A stretch of DNA of 64,000 nucleotides, taken from NCBI GenBank assembly GCA_051294375.1, contig CM119264.1, forward strand, positions 6,698,730 to 6,762,729. The letters run 5' to 3'. Position 1 is the stretch's first letter. Each line of letters starts with the position of its first letter. Made by a program: the position numbers and the translations under genes. The notes below the pieces were generated by a model. It saw only the letters and a program-made list of their open reading frames with translations, was not told the origin of the DNA and searched no databases. The DNA is from Paraspadella gotoi. Lineage: Eukaryota; Animalia; Chaetognatha. Positions 9,768 to 21,680 of the stretch are shown piece by piece.

Positions 9768-11266
9768 TGGTGCATTTTAACCTGTAAATTATCTCATGAA
9801 CTGATACCCACATAGACCTCATTGGGTCTCTTTAAGTCGTCCTTGTGATTCACGCTAAAGGAATTTTCTGGGATTCTGTGTTTGGATAATCATATTATGC
9901 CCAAATTTTATAGATTGCAATTCAAAATTGTGTGATGTGTCGAGCCGTTATTAACTTTTAAAGTATTAGTCTTTTCAACTTTAGACATGTGACATTTTGA
10001 CATTTTGTCTATTCTGTTTTGCACCTCCTCGAGTGTTTACTAGTAAAATTTAGCGGAATGAAATATAAAATTATCTATCCATTCAAGAAATAAACTATCT
10101 TGCCCCTGACTTTACAAACAATCTATACCTCTAAACAAGATCTATACAAGATAATATCATTGCAGGAGTTAATAAGCTTTCTACCAAGACTCACACAATC
10201 TGGTTTCCCTACTGAATAAAAGCCATAAAATGTCTTATAACTTGGATCCGGGAATTCAATTGTACTTCTCACGAGCATCAAAATACAAAGAGCTGACTGA
10301 AATTATTGAAATTATCTTTAATTATATTCTTTAGAACCTAAATCTCGGAAAAATCTCCTTTTTATTTAATAACTTATTAAGATTTTAATAATTATTAAAT
10401 TTAATAATTTGCTATTATCGTTGATGATAATGATCTATAGCTTAACTATAAATATTAAGCTCATGTACGAACTTGCAAAATATACAAAAAATATTGTAAC
10501 TATTTAAAACATCGACTTTATATGCGCAATTTTCTAGTTTCTCACTTTCTCTGTTATCATTAATTCATTACGCGAGTGACTCAATTGCGATCGTCGAAGC
10601 ACTGGATACAAACTTCTCTTCGACGCGCCTGCCGCATTTTAAACCAACCAACCAGTCGGCCTCGAAAAGCGAAAAGGCCAGGCTGGCCTACGATTTTCGT
10701 TCACTATCAAATCCTGGCTGATTTTCAGTTTTAAAACTCAATCTCGATTCGCTCTGGGTTTTTTTTTTTTTTTTGCTCAAAACTTCTGTCGCTGTCTCAG
10801 TTTTTTAATTGAATTTAGTTGTTTCGATCGACGCGCATGCCAAATACAAATGAAATTCGCTAAAAAAAAATAACGTTCAATAATTTAAAACGCAATTTCA
10901 GTCTTCTTGTTTAGATCATCAAGCCGAACTATTCAAATTGTTCTACTTTTATCGAACCATCTAGCACCGGAGGCAGACTTAGCTGGCTGCTACTTAAAAT
11001 CGAATTTACAGAATAAAAATCGGTGGTCGTCTCAAGCCTAGGCCAACGGACCTTGTTACTTTTCAGGTATGATTTGAACAGTACTGATAATTCTGCAAGC
11101 TTTTTTCGCGTTTTCGCGTTGACGAATGATTGCAATGGTTTTAGTAATTAGATTTTTACTGGTAAAGACGTCATACATATTATATTCGTAACAAAATATT
11201 AGTATTTCTTCCGATTTTTACTTAGGGTTTTCTTTTCGAAATCTTCGTTTCCACCCGGTAGTCCCG

Positions 11267-14200
11267 ATGTCGATCTACATCGATAACTTCGGCGATATGT
11301 CCGCCTTGGACGAGGAGGTTCGCTCTAAAATCTTCAATTCAATCGTCGATTCGGACGCTAATTTTGAATCCATTTTTTTCTTTCAGTGTCCCCTCTGCAT
11401 GGAACCCTTGGAGATCGACGATCTCAACTTTTTTCCCTGCACCTGCGGATACCAAATCTGCCGGTTCTGTTGGCACAGAATCAGAACGGACGAGAACGGG
11501 TTGTGCCCCGCCTGCCGAAAGGCTTACTCGGAGAACCCGGCCGACTTCAAGCCTTTGACGCATGAAGAGTGAGTAAAAACTCACAGCTTAAGGGGGAAAT
11601 GAAATTCATATCCTATCCTATAACATTTAACCCAGTATTTCTTAATCGGGAATAAGATTACACGTCTATAAAGAATTTTAAAAATATATTTTCTCTTTGA
11701 CGTCTCAATTCTACGAAAAATATTTTGTTAAATTAAAGTTAATAACCATTTTATCTGTCAACCTTTTAACATTATGATTATTTTTAACGATACACTTCTT
11801 TTTTCAGGTTGCAAAAAATCAAGAAAGAAAGGAAGCAAAAGGACGCGAGTCGGCGGCAGAAGGTGACGGAATCCCGGAAACATCTGCAGTCCGTACGCGT
11901 TGTACAGAAGAACCTCGTCTTCGTCGTCGGACTCGGACCCCGCCTCGCCGATCCGGTCAGTCGTTTTTGCCTCGTGGATATGGTAGCTTTTGTATTTGGG
12001 AGTATGGCTAGGGTTTGTGTAACGTTGATGTTTATGTATATTTAAATCCATCACAAGCGTATTCCCTTATTTTATGCATTTAGATTTTAGTGGTACGGGT
12101 ATGGGTTTAGGCAGTTTTTAAGCGTTACTTTTACCGTCATAGTCGTAAAGAAACGGCACTATTTCGTGAGCTCCCCCCAATAAACATTACTCAATCATAT
12201 CTCAGGAGGTGCTTAAAAAGAGCGAATACTTTGGAAAGTTTGGAAGAATCCACAAAGTCGTCGTCAATCACACAACAGCATATGCGGGTAAGGGGGTGGT
12301 ACACTGAAACGAACGGGAAAAAAATTACTATTTTCTGTAATCTTTATTATTAGTTATATTATGTACAGTAAGTGCTATATTGTGGATAGGTCACTGTGAT
12401 GACCATTCTTCTCTTGATATTTTTTAGTTATTCACTTAGCAATGGTAACCTTGTTTTAAATCATTTCTTATTGCATTGTATGATTGGTTTTTAGGCGCTC
12501 AGGGACCTAGCGCAAGTGCATACATAACCTACGTCAAAGATGACGATTCGTTGAGAGCGATCCAGGTGATGACAGAGGAATATATATATATATCTCTTCT
12601 TTTGAAATATATATTTATGACTTTTTAATCTAAATTTTTTTTTACTTAACTCTAACTCTGTCCGTTAGTTAATTAAAATGAAAATTGTACCATCTCATCT
12701 ATTGATTTTATTTTCGCTCTAAAGGCCGTGAACAATCTATTCGTGGACGGAAGGACGCTGAAAGCTTCACTAGGGACCACCAAGTATTGTTCCTCTTTCC
12801 TCAATTCGGCGACTTGCCCCAAACCGGTCACGTGCCCGCGCGCCGACTGCATGTACTTGCACGAATTGGGGGAGGAGGAAGCGTCTTTCACCAAGGAAGA
12901 AATGCAGGTTAGAAATGGTTCCGTTAAACGTTTGGTACGATTAAAGATTGCCAATGCTAAAAATAACAAGGTCATTATTACAAACTCCCCAGTCCGAAAA
13001 TAGCGAGGCTTTGAAGGAAAGGCGAAGGAAATCAGTTACAAGATTCAATTTAAATTAAATTAATTAATTTAAATTAATTTAAATTAAATTGACACGATTT
13101 GGCATAATTTTTTTAAATTTTTTCGTTTATCTTTGTGTAAATATTAATTAAAGTTACTCCCTTGTTAAAAACAGCTTGGAAAACATACCGAGTTCGAGCA
13201 ACGGTTACACGAGACCCTCAACCGGAGCGAGATGAACAACCCCTCCTCCACGCCGCCGACAACCAACGGCGGGGGGATCTCGTCCGGGTTTCCTTCGGCG
13301 CCCGTCCCGGCCCCGCCCACCAACGAACCCCCTATTCCTCTGATGGCGTCCAACTCGGCGTCGTCCTCGTCCTCCGGCAACAGCTCATCCTCTTCGACCA
13401 TCGTCTCCCTCATGGGATTGGATCTCTCCAAGACAATCGTAAGGAACGGAAGGGGACGTGTGGCTTTTACAGCGAAATAGCGGCCACTTCCTATAAATTT
13501 TGATTATTAATTACATTCTCGATAGATCGATAGTTATCGTAATCTCTGTGTAACGAAGGACGTAGACTAGTTGTGATCCTTATAATACGTATTTTAAAAC
13601 TTTAAATTTTAATCTCAATTAAATTAAATTAGATAAAATGCGTTATATTTAAATTAAAAGTTTAGTTTTAAAGCGTCTGTTCGCTAACAAATTATTACTC
13701 GGCCGATTTATAATGATTCTTCTTAATTAAATCAAATCAAATAAGAACTGTTTCTTTGTAAATGATATTCCTGAAAATTTCTCTTTTCCGTTTTTCAGTC
13801 GGCCCGCAAGAAGACCGCGAGCCAGTCGCCTCCGCCTCCTCCGCCCCCGCCGCCGCCTCCATCGTGTACTCTGGTCATGGACTCACGTGGAGTCATAAAG
13901 TCGACCAATAGGGTCGCGGATACCCCGCCCGTCGTCGAATGGCCCGCCCTCGGTGGATCCAAAGGGGGCGGTGGCGGCGTCGTTTCTGAGGTTCGGGAAG
14001 AGAATGTTTAATTTATATTTGGGACTATTTCTGTCAACCATTTTCTCTTTTTCGTTTAAAATTTGATTGTAATTTTCTTTTCCTTCCTTCGTCAGATTTC
14101 TCGTTCTATCGAGATTCCTCAGCCGGAATCGCAAGGAGCGACGCCGACGGAGGTGGCGTCCTTCTCCACAGTCGTCAATGGCAACGATGGCGGGGCCGTC

Positions 14201-17200
14201 GCGGAACGAAGGCGTGATAGAGACGGCGATGCGGAGGTCGGCCCCGTCGCCATGGAGACCGGCGCCGGTGACGGAGAGGACAAGGAGAACGCGAAGAAAG
14301 GGAGGAAGAAGAGCGGTAAGAAGGATTCGCCATCAGGCGCTTTAGGAGAAGAGACCGGCGCCGACTCGAAAAAAGCGGCGGGCGGAGGAAATCACAATAA
14401 TAACAATAACAACAACAAAAAGCAGCAACAGCAGCAGCAACAATCGAGAGAAGCGGAAAAAAGCGCGCGGAGCGTCGCCGGGAAAGGTCATCTTGTTAAG
14501 GGAGAAAAGTCCGCCAAGAAGAAAGTCAAGGAAGACCCTGTGGCCGCGAAAAAAGGCGCAGGGGTGGGTGGTGGCGCCACCAAGGGCGTCACGCCGAAAG
14601 ACAAGTCGGCGGAACCTTCCTCTCGCGACAAGTCCGAGGCGTCGAGTAGCAAGAAGGCCAAGCAGCAAACTAGTCCGCAGAAAGAAAGCTGTGGTAGCGA
14701 AGAACCGCCGGTCGCCAACGCCCGCCTTCTTCCCCCCTCCCCTTCTCCCTCTCCCCCGTTTTCCTCTTCCCCCTCCTCCTCCCGAAATTCCTCCCTCTCC
14801 TCCACCCCTTCGAGCGGTCACTGCTTGTCGACGGCGTCCAAGGAGTCGTCTTCCTGTCGCAGCGCCTCCTCGACGACGGTGCCCTTGCCGACCGCTCGTC
14901 CCGCACAGTCTACCCCACCGCTGCCGCGGTCGTCGCAGTCGCTCTCCACTCCCGACGCTTCCCCCGACGACTCCCGGGGCGGATCCTTCGCCGAGGGGTC
15001 TCTCCATTCGAACGAGGGTCTTTCCGTCTCCTCCCTCCCGCCCGATCATTTCCCCGACCTCACAGTAAATCCCGTCAATGACGACGACAATCCGAACAGC
15101 AGTTTTTTCAGGTGAGAGAAAACTTGGAAAGGGGATAATTATTTACAATTATAATATCTTATAATTAGAATTTTACATTTAATAACTTTTGCGAATATTA
15201 TACCAATGTTTGAGCCCGGACGTGTCAACTGACTTCTCAGAATTTATTTATAATTATAATTTAGCATAATCGTTGTTTTTGGAAGTTAGTGACAAGGTAG
15301 CAAGTTATTTTGTTTTCATTAGTACAATATAATTTAATATTGTAATATTATATTCTACCGACACGATATAACGACACGATGACAAAGGTGATGACAAATA
15401 TTTAATTATTTCATAATTGAATGAAGTTGTTTCTTGAGTTTCCATGTTGAGGAGAGTGCCTCGAGATCCCTCGACCTTCGACCGCGTAGTCTCTTTGTCG
15501 GTCATTGGTCAGTTTAAAGAAAGGTCTGTGATCAGTTGGATTTCTGATGATTCGTGAAGTCGACGAGCAATCACATAAATAAGCCAACCAAGTCCGTCTA
15601 TATGTCTATTCCGTTGAAGTTACTATTCAACCGTCTCCCATCTTCTATTTCAAACGAACAGTCACTACATCCGTGTCCGTCTGCGGCCCGACGAATCCTC
15701 CGCGCCCGTGCCGCCTCATGTCGAAGAAGCCGACGAGTCAGAAGCTAAAGAGAACGACTGGTCCGCCGCCTTCAAATTCCCCAAGGAAAACAAAGGTGCT
15801 TGTTGGTGAAGTGCTTGTTTACTATTCACTGCTTGTGTGAGTTATTGAAATTGTAATGAAACTTTCCGTCCTTCTTTACCGCAGAAGGATCTAGAAAGAG
15901 TCTGGAGGATGAAGACGAGGATTTAGGTTTCGATCCGTTTTGCGAGTCGCAACGAGGTCTCGCTGATTTGATTCGCGAGTCCGGACAAGAGATCGACCGC
16001 CACAGGTATGGAGGGAACCATGGTTTCTCTCTCTATCTGAAAAGTAATACAGTTAAAGATTTAGATTTGGCAACCGAAATCCTTCCAGAATCTTCTTGCT
16101 CTTCCGATATCCTCTTTCTTTATCATTTCCTGTTTTCTAGTTTCCTTCCTCTGTGATGATTTTAAAAAAAAAATGGGAGATTACTGAACAAAAAATCACG
16201 ATGCTTTACTTTTAAAAACTGTTTCATGTAAAAACGACATATAATCAAAATACAAACAAATTTAAAGTTTGTTAACAAACCAAATTCTTAGTGGAAGTTA
16301 TTCTTAAAAATATTAAAATCTCGCTACTACCCTCTCAGAAAGATAATCGCTCTCGTCCCCTTTCTCATTTCCTGTCCCCAAAACAGTTCCCACTTTCCCA
16401 GTCCCAACATTCTCCCTCCCTACAAATCGAATTATCCCCGTCCCAACCACGTCGTCAATTCCAGTTCGAACCCTCCTTCGTTGCTCGACGGACTAATCCA
16501 ACAACATCAGTTGGGAGAATCTGCCTCAGCGGATGTCTCCAAGGTATTGCCTTCTTGCCCCGAGTTACTCCTTTTCAAATGTCATCTTTTTTCGAAAACT
16601 CTCCCACAGAATTCCTCCGCGTCTCCGTCACATCCGCCCGGGTTTTTCTCCTCGAACCAGCCAAGTTCTCGCCTTTTCGGCCTCTCCTCTGCCCCTCCCG
16701 CAACACAGCAGCAACAACAGCAGACGGAGTATTATCTCCGCTCCCTGCTCTTCGACAATCTCCCCGGCAGCGACGCGCCAAATCAATCGGATTTGCAGCG
16801 GCAGCAGCAGCAACAACAGATGCGATCGACTACGATATCGGCATCCGTGGGGCCACCGCCTCCGCCGGGACTGACGGCTCAACAAACTCTTTACGGCAAC
16901 GCTGCCGCCGCTCAAAGGCTTCCTCCCGGTTTTTCGCCCGACAATCTCATGAGACAGGTAAGGTTTGAAGGTCTACTTAGGTTTCTACTCATAAAAATTG
17001 TTGTTTCCAAAATAATAGCGTTCTTTACGGTTCGATTTTCTTTTTTTTTTCCAGGGCTATGATTTGCCAGCCAATCCGATCGACGATTTTCTCGGAAGAG
17101 GCACGTGGTCCAAGTTGGATCAGAGCCGCAATTCGTTGTTTCCTCTCGACCAACAACAGCAGCAGCAGCAACAGCAAGTTCAGAACCAGCAGAGCTACTC

Positions 17201-19314
17201 GAAAATGCTTGGGCTGATGAACTTGAGACCCGGCAAGGAAGAGGTCGAGGCGACCCCGAGCCCCTTCCCCGCCCAGTCTCCTTTCAACTCCTCCTTTAAT
17301 CCCGCCTCTTCCTCCAAAGTCAACGGAGGATTCGGCGACGCTGACTCCGCTTCCTTCGGCAGAGGCTTCAACTCTTACGGCTCCCAGCATCGCGCTTCGG
17401 GTACGATCTTCCTTTCGTCACCTCGTTCGGGGCGGTGTCTCGCGTCTTTGGGTGTTGTCCGTCAATCGACGTGAACTTGTTTTCGTAGAAACTAGTTTGA
17501 TATTTAGCTCGAGTAAATCGAGGATTATGGCGAAAAAGATTTAAATACTGATTTTTAGTTTTAGCATGCTGCATGACGTTAACCTCAATGAACACTCAAG
17601 TCTACATGGCACCGATTAAATCTTTTAGTTTCTATGTGGAAAGATTTTAACAAGCAAAATTTAAAAAACAAAAGCCTTTTGAATTCTTTATAGTACTTAT
17701 TTGTCGGTCGCTTCTTCCTTATACCTACTAGTACAGTAATCGATTTTAATAATTCGATATTTGGCCGCCTTTTTTTTTTCGAAAACAAAAAAATAATTTA
17801 CCCTCTCGCTTTCTTTCTTTTCCACTTTTAGCCACCGGATCGGGATCCGGTCTCATGCACTCCGGGTCGCCCTCTAACAACTCTTCGGTCAAGGATTGGC
17901 AAGAGGGCTTCCGCGCGCTCCTCCCGAACGTCAACATCAGCTTCGGACAAGGAACCAGTCTCGATTCGATGGCCAACTCCAACGGTGGCTCTGGTGAGGG
18001 TTAGAACACGAGGTCGTAGACTGCCCACTCTCGAAGGGAGGTGGTCTAATCGTTGTTTTTTGATTCTTTATCAGGCTGCGTTAATTAAAAAAACTTAGTA
18101 GTATACATTATACTCACTTTTGTTCGTTATTTTATATTTGTCGGTGTATTCTGTTTTTATTCCTTTTCATAACCTAATTTTTTGTTAATTTTTAAAAAAA
18201 TTGACAGGGTTTTCCAACACGCTCCCTCCTTGGGACGACCCTGCCATCGTCACGGCGGCCAACTCGAAGCAGTTCAATAAAAACAACAACAACAACAACA
18301 ACTACCCTCTGAGAAGCGGCCCAGAGGTCAGAGGAGGTCAAGATGATCAACCACACTGGATGAAGTCTTTGCAGGTGGGGATTGATTGCTGACGTTTTAG
18401 TTTTTGTGATTGTTAAGGTAGAACGATAGGTTAATTGAATTTTTTTTTCAGCAATTGACCGAACTGTCGGAGCCGACGCAACAGGCGCCCATTCCCCAAG
18501 GAAACGCCTCCTCCGCTTTCCTCCCGACCTTGGCCGGTGTCAATCACTCCTCTCTCATCAACGGGCCTCTCTTCAACCAGAATCTGCCGCAACAAGCGCA
18601 GCAGCATCCGCCGTCTCAACAGCTTTGCGGAGGAATGCCCAACAACCGACTTCCCTCCGACCGTCGTTTTCCCGTCGGCGTCAATCGTGAGTCATCTCTT
18701 ATGCTCGTCTTATTGAGCAGCCCTGAGTTTTGTCAGTTTAGGGAAAAAATGGAAGTATTGTGTAAAATTTCAATGGTTTCTGTAGCGCGTTTAAATCGCG
18801 ATAATTGACCTTTTGAGAGACGGCGAGAAAGAGAAACAATTCCAAACATCTCTAAGTGGTCTCAAACTTCGAGTTGATATCCTCCCTCTGTCAAAATACA
18901 CCATCTTTAGTTTAAATTGGAATAGCGCTTCTTATTCGCCCGCCTGCCCGCCCGCTCGGTAGCCTCTTCCGGAGGAGACGAGTGCTTATGTGGAGAGAGT
19001 CACTTTTCCTATATTACTTTGTTTTAGTCCAAATATATTTAAAAGAAAACAGTTTTTCAAGGTTGGGATGAATATTGATGAGAAAAAAAAACTTTTTCTC
19101 ACTGATTTATTTATTCCAGATATTCATAGTAAAGACGATCGAGTCATTAATTCATTACTTCGTCCCCACCCATCTTCCCTTTTTCCTAGCCGGCGATTGG
19201 CCTCCTCAGTTTCCTGGATCCTTCGCTGCTCCACCGATGACGTCGGCTCCGCCTGGATTTCGCTTCCCCGACCCTTCGTCCTCACAGACAACCGCCACCG
19301 GCGCATCCAACTGA
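11267..19314 (+). CDS. CNOT4: CCR4-NOT subunit 4 (Not4) RING E3 ligase, about 1340-1350 aa, 17 coding exons
   Basis: GT-AG exons read in frame: 11267/11297-11317, 11387-11568, 11808-11955, 12206-12287, 12495-12565, 12725-12907, 13175-13438, 13799-13990, 14096-15111, 15662-15795, 15885-16005, 16387-16957, 17055-17400, 17832-17993, 18208-18374, 18452-18686, 19190-19314 (4020 nt from 11297). Domains: C4C4 RING (CPLCMEPLEIDDLNFFPCTCGYQICRFCWHRI), RRM (VRVVQKNLVFVVGL, EYFGKFGRIHKVV), CCCH finger (GTTKYC...CMYLHE). C-terminal motifs DWSAAF, DLGFDPF..LADLI (CAF40-binding), WQEGFRALLPNVNISFG, WDDPAI, PHWMKSLQ. Boundaries in low-complexity exons are less certain. Confidence 0.95.
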
Positions 19315-21680
19315 GGCTCCCTCCGGTCATTTCCCGCCCACCCCTCTAATTCTCTAACTCTGAAACTTTACGCTTTGAGGTTCTCTTCCTTCCCTCTTAA
19401 TTAAATCTTTTCTTTTTTCATTTTTATTTTTCCGTTATTTTTTTTTTCGCTCATTTTTTTTTAATTTATTGTCTTCTTTTTACCTTTTTCTTCTTTTATT
19501 TTCTCCATTTTCGTTACTTTCTTGATCTTTTCCTGCGCGGCATTTCTTTTCTTTGTTCCCTTTCCTTTTTTTCTTTCTCTTATTCTCTCTTAATCTCCTA
19601 TTTTTCTTTTTGATTTCCGACTTCCTTTTCACCCTCCTGTTCCTTTCAGATTGCCCTCTCCCTCTTTCGCCCTCTCCCTTGCCGAATCACAACTTTTCTC
19701 CGTTTAGATCCTCGAACAAATTTAAAATCCGAATCAAGGCTAATGCTTTCCAGTTTTTTTTATTCTCTTTGTAATAGTATTTTTTCTTCTTCTCGTTTTG
19801 GTCAGAATTATGTCAAATTCAATCCCGACAATCGGGTTAACTACTATAAAAATTTGTAATGGATTTCCGAGATAAGCGTTAAATTATCGTTTTTTTAAAG
19901 CAAAGCTGCTTTTTATAAACTTTTTTCTAACTTTCGATCATGAATGATTCGAATTGTGGTCGCCACTAAAAATATTTATCCGATGAATTAACCACAAGCT
20001 ATAGATATGATTAAAAGACATTTTTTTCAGAAGATGACAATGCTTGCGCAAAAGATTGCTTTTAATGTATTTTTACAATGAGAATTTCTAAATATTAAAA
20101 TAACGTGTATACATAAAAAAATATTTAGCGCGATTTCCACGCTGATCTCATGATCGAACCAGATTTATTTTTTTCGATGGGATTCTCTCTCGTTAGCGAA
20201 ATTCGAATCGAATCCTTCAAGCAGCGCATCATTTGTACGAGCGACGACGACGACGAGAAGAGCGGAGTTCTTTTCTGGAGAGCGACGTCTCGTGCCGATC
20301 GCCGTTTATTCCAGTCCCCCACCCTCCCTTCCCTTCGTCCCGACAGACCCCGACCTCCCCACAGTCCCCGCCAATCCCTACCGTCCCACCTCTCCCCCAC
20401 AGCATCTCCGATTTTTTTTCGACTTTTTTTTCCCCCCCTTTTTTTTATGGGGTGGCGTCCTCTCACGTGAATCGATCCCCGCTTTCCCCGTGTCACGCGT
20501 CGTCGCTAGTTTTTGACGTCATCTGTGTCCCATCAGTCGATGCGATTTTGTTTAACGTGCCAGTTAAAAATGATGCCAAAGCAATAGATTCGTGCTGCTG
20601 CGATTATAACGTTTCAATTTTTCTAAGTTGCTCCTTTCGCCTAGTCAGACAAATAAATTTTGATTGCTATTCTGCATAAAATTACTTTAACACTGATAAG
20701 TATTAGCTTCTCAGATCTCAATAATTATATATAACAATGACTTGAAAAAATTTACTTAAAAAAAGTCGAGAATTGAATTGTCAAATTGATTAGTTTGGAA
20801 CTAAGCGTGAACGAGATTTTCAGACAGGGGGCGCCGGATGCCTTCAATCTCTTATAAGGTTCACTTATTGTATGACGAAGGAATGATAGATTGAACTCTT
20901 ACTTTACAAGGCACCACGCCCTCGAAGGTGTCACCACGTTGCGACAAATGGAGCGTCCAGAGCTTTTGATCTAACGGGAGGCCAGTGCGTACCGGCGGGT
21001 TGACCGATCCATCCCACTTTCAACGTGACAACCTAAGGACATCCCTCGCAGCTGCTTCCTTCTAGGATCCTACTGATCTGAAATTACGAAAATCTACTCA
21101 ACGCAGCACGTAGTCAAAAGCGTTCGGCGTGGGGGTTTGGACTTTCTCATCTGTCAGTTTAAGAATATATTGAGTAATTACCAATGAAATATGGATCTCG
21201 TGAACAATTTCTATATGGTTTATTCATGCAGAACAAAACCTTTCATTGCTTAATAAATATCAAAACGATAACGCAATTAAAATATTCGACATCCAATAAG
21301 ATACAACATTATTTACACGTGACAACAGGTAAAATAATTCATTGTATAATTACTAATTGTCTATCTAATATTACATGCTTTTGTATTAATTCAACTATTA
21401 TGATTAGTGAAAGCTTACGACATATCGCCTCAGTAAAGATATAACAAAGAAAAAAATACTTATTTGGTGGTAGCGTCACTTTTGACTTCTGTACTAAGTA
21501 CGAGAAATGAGTAGAGAACTTTCAGCCCGCCCTCTTTTCTCATCGTTGGGTAAGTTTTCTGCGGCTGGAGTTGATAATTGTCTTGGCCTTCCCTGTTCTT
21601 TTCTAGTATTTTAATTAGTTTATTCTTAGTGGCACTTTTTGTTGGTTTTGTTTACCGAAAGGCACTTTTTTTTTTCGATT

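Noticed and set aside
14342-15068. Overlapping antisense or alternate-frame ORFs in CNOT4 exon 9
   Set aside because: Expected by chance in GC-rich, stop-poor coding sequence.
20815-21160. RNase P/MRP, 7SK, SRP or telomerase RNA
   Set aside because: Isolated words (gaaagtcc, gatc, caacctaa) are present, but I could not find the complementary P4 strand, the SRP helix-8 motif or a full template.
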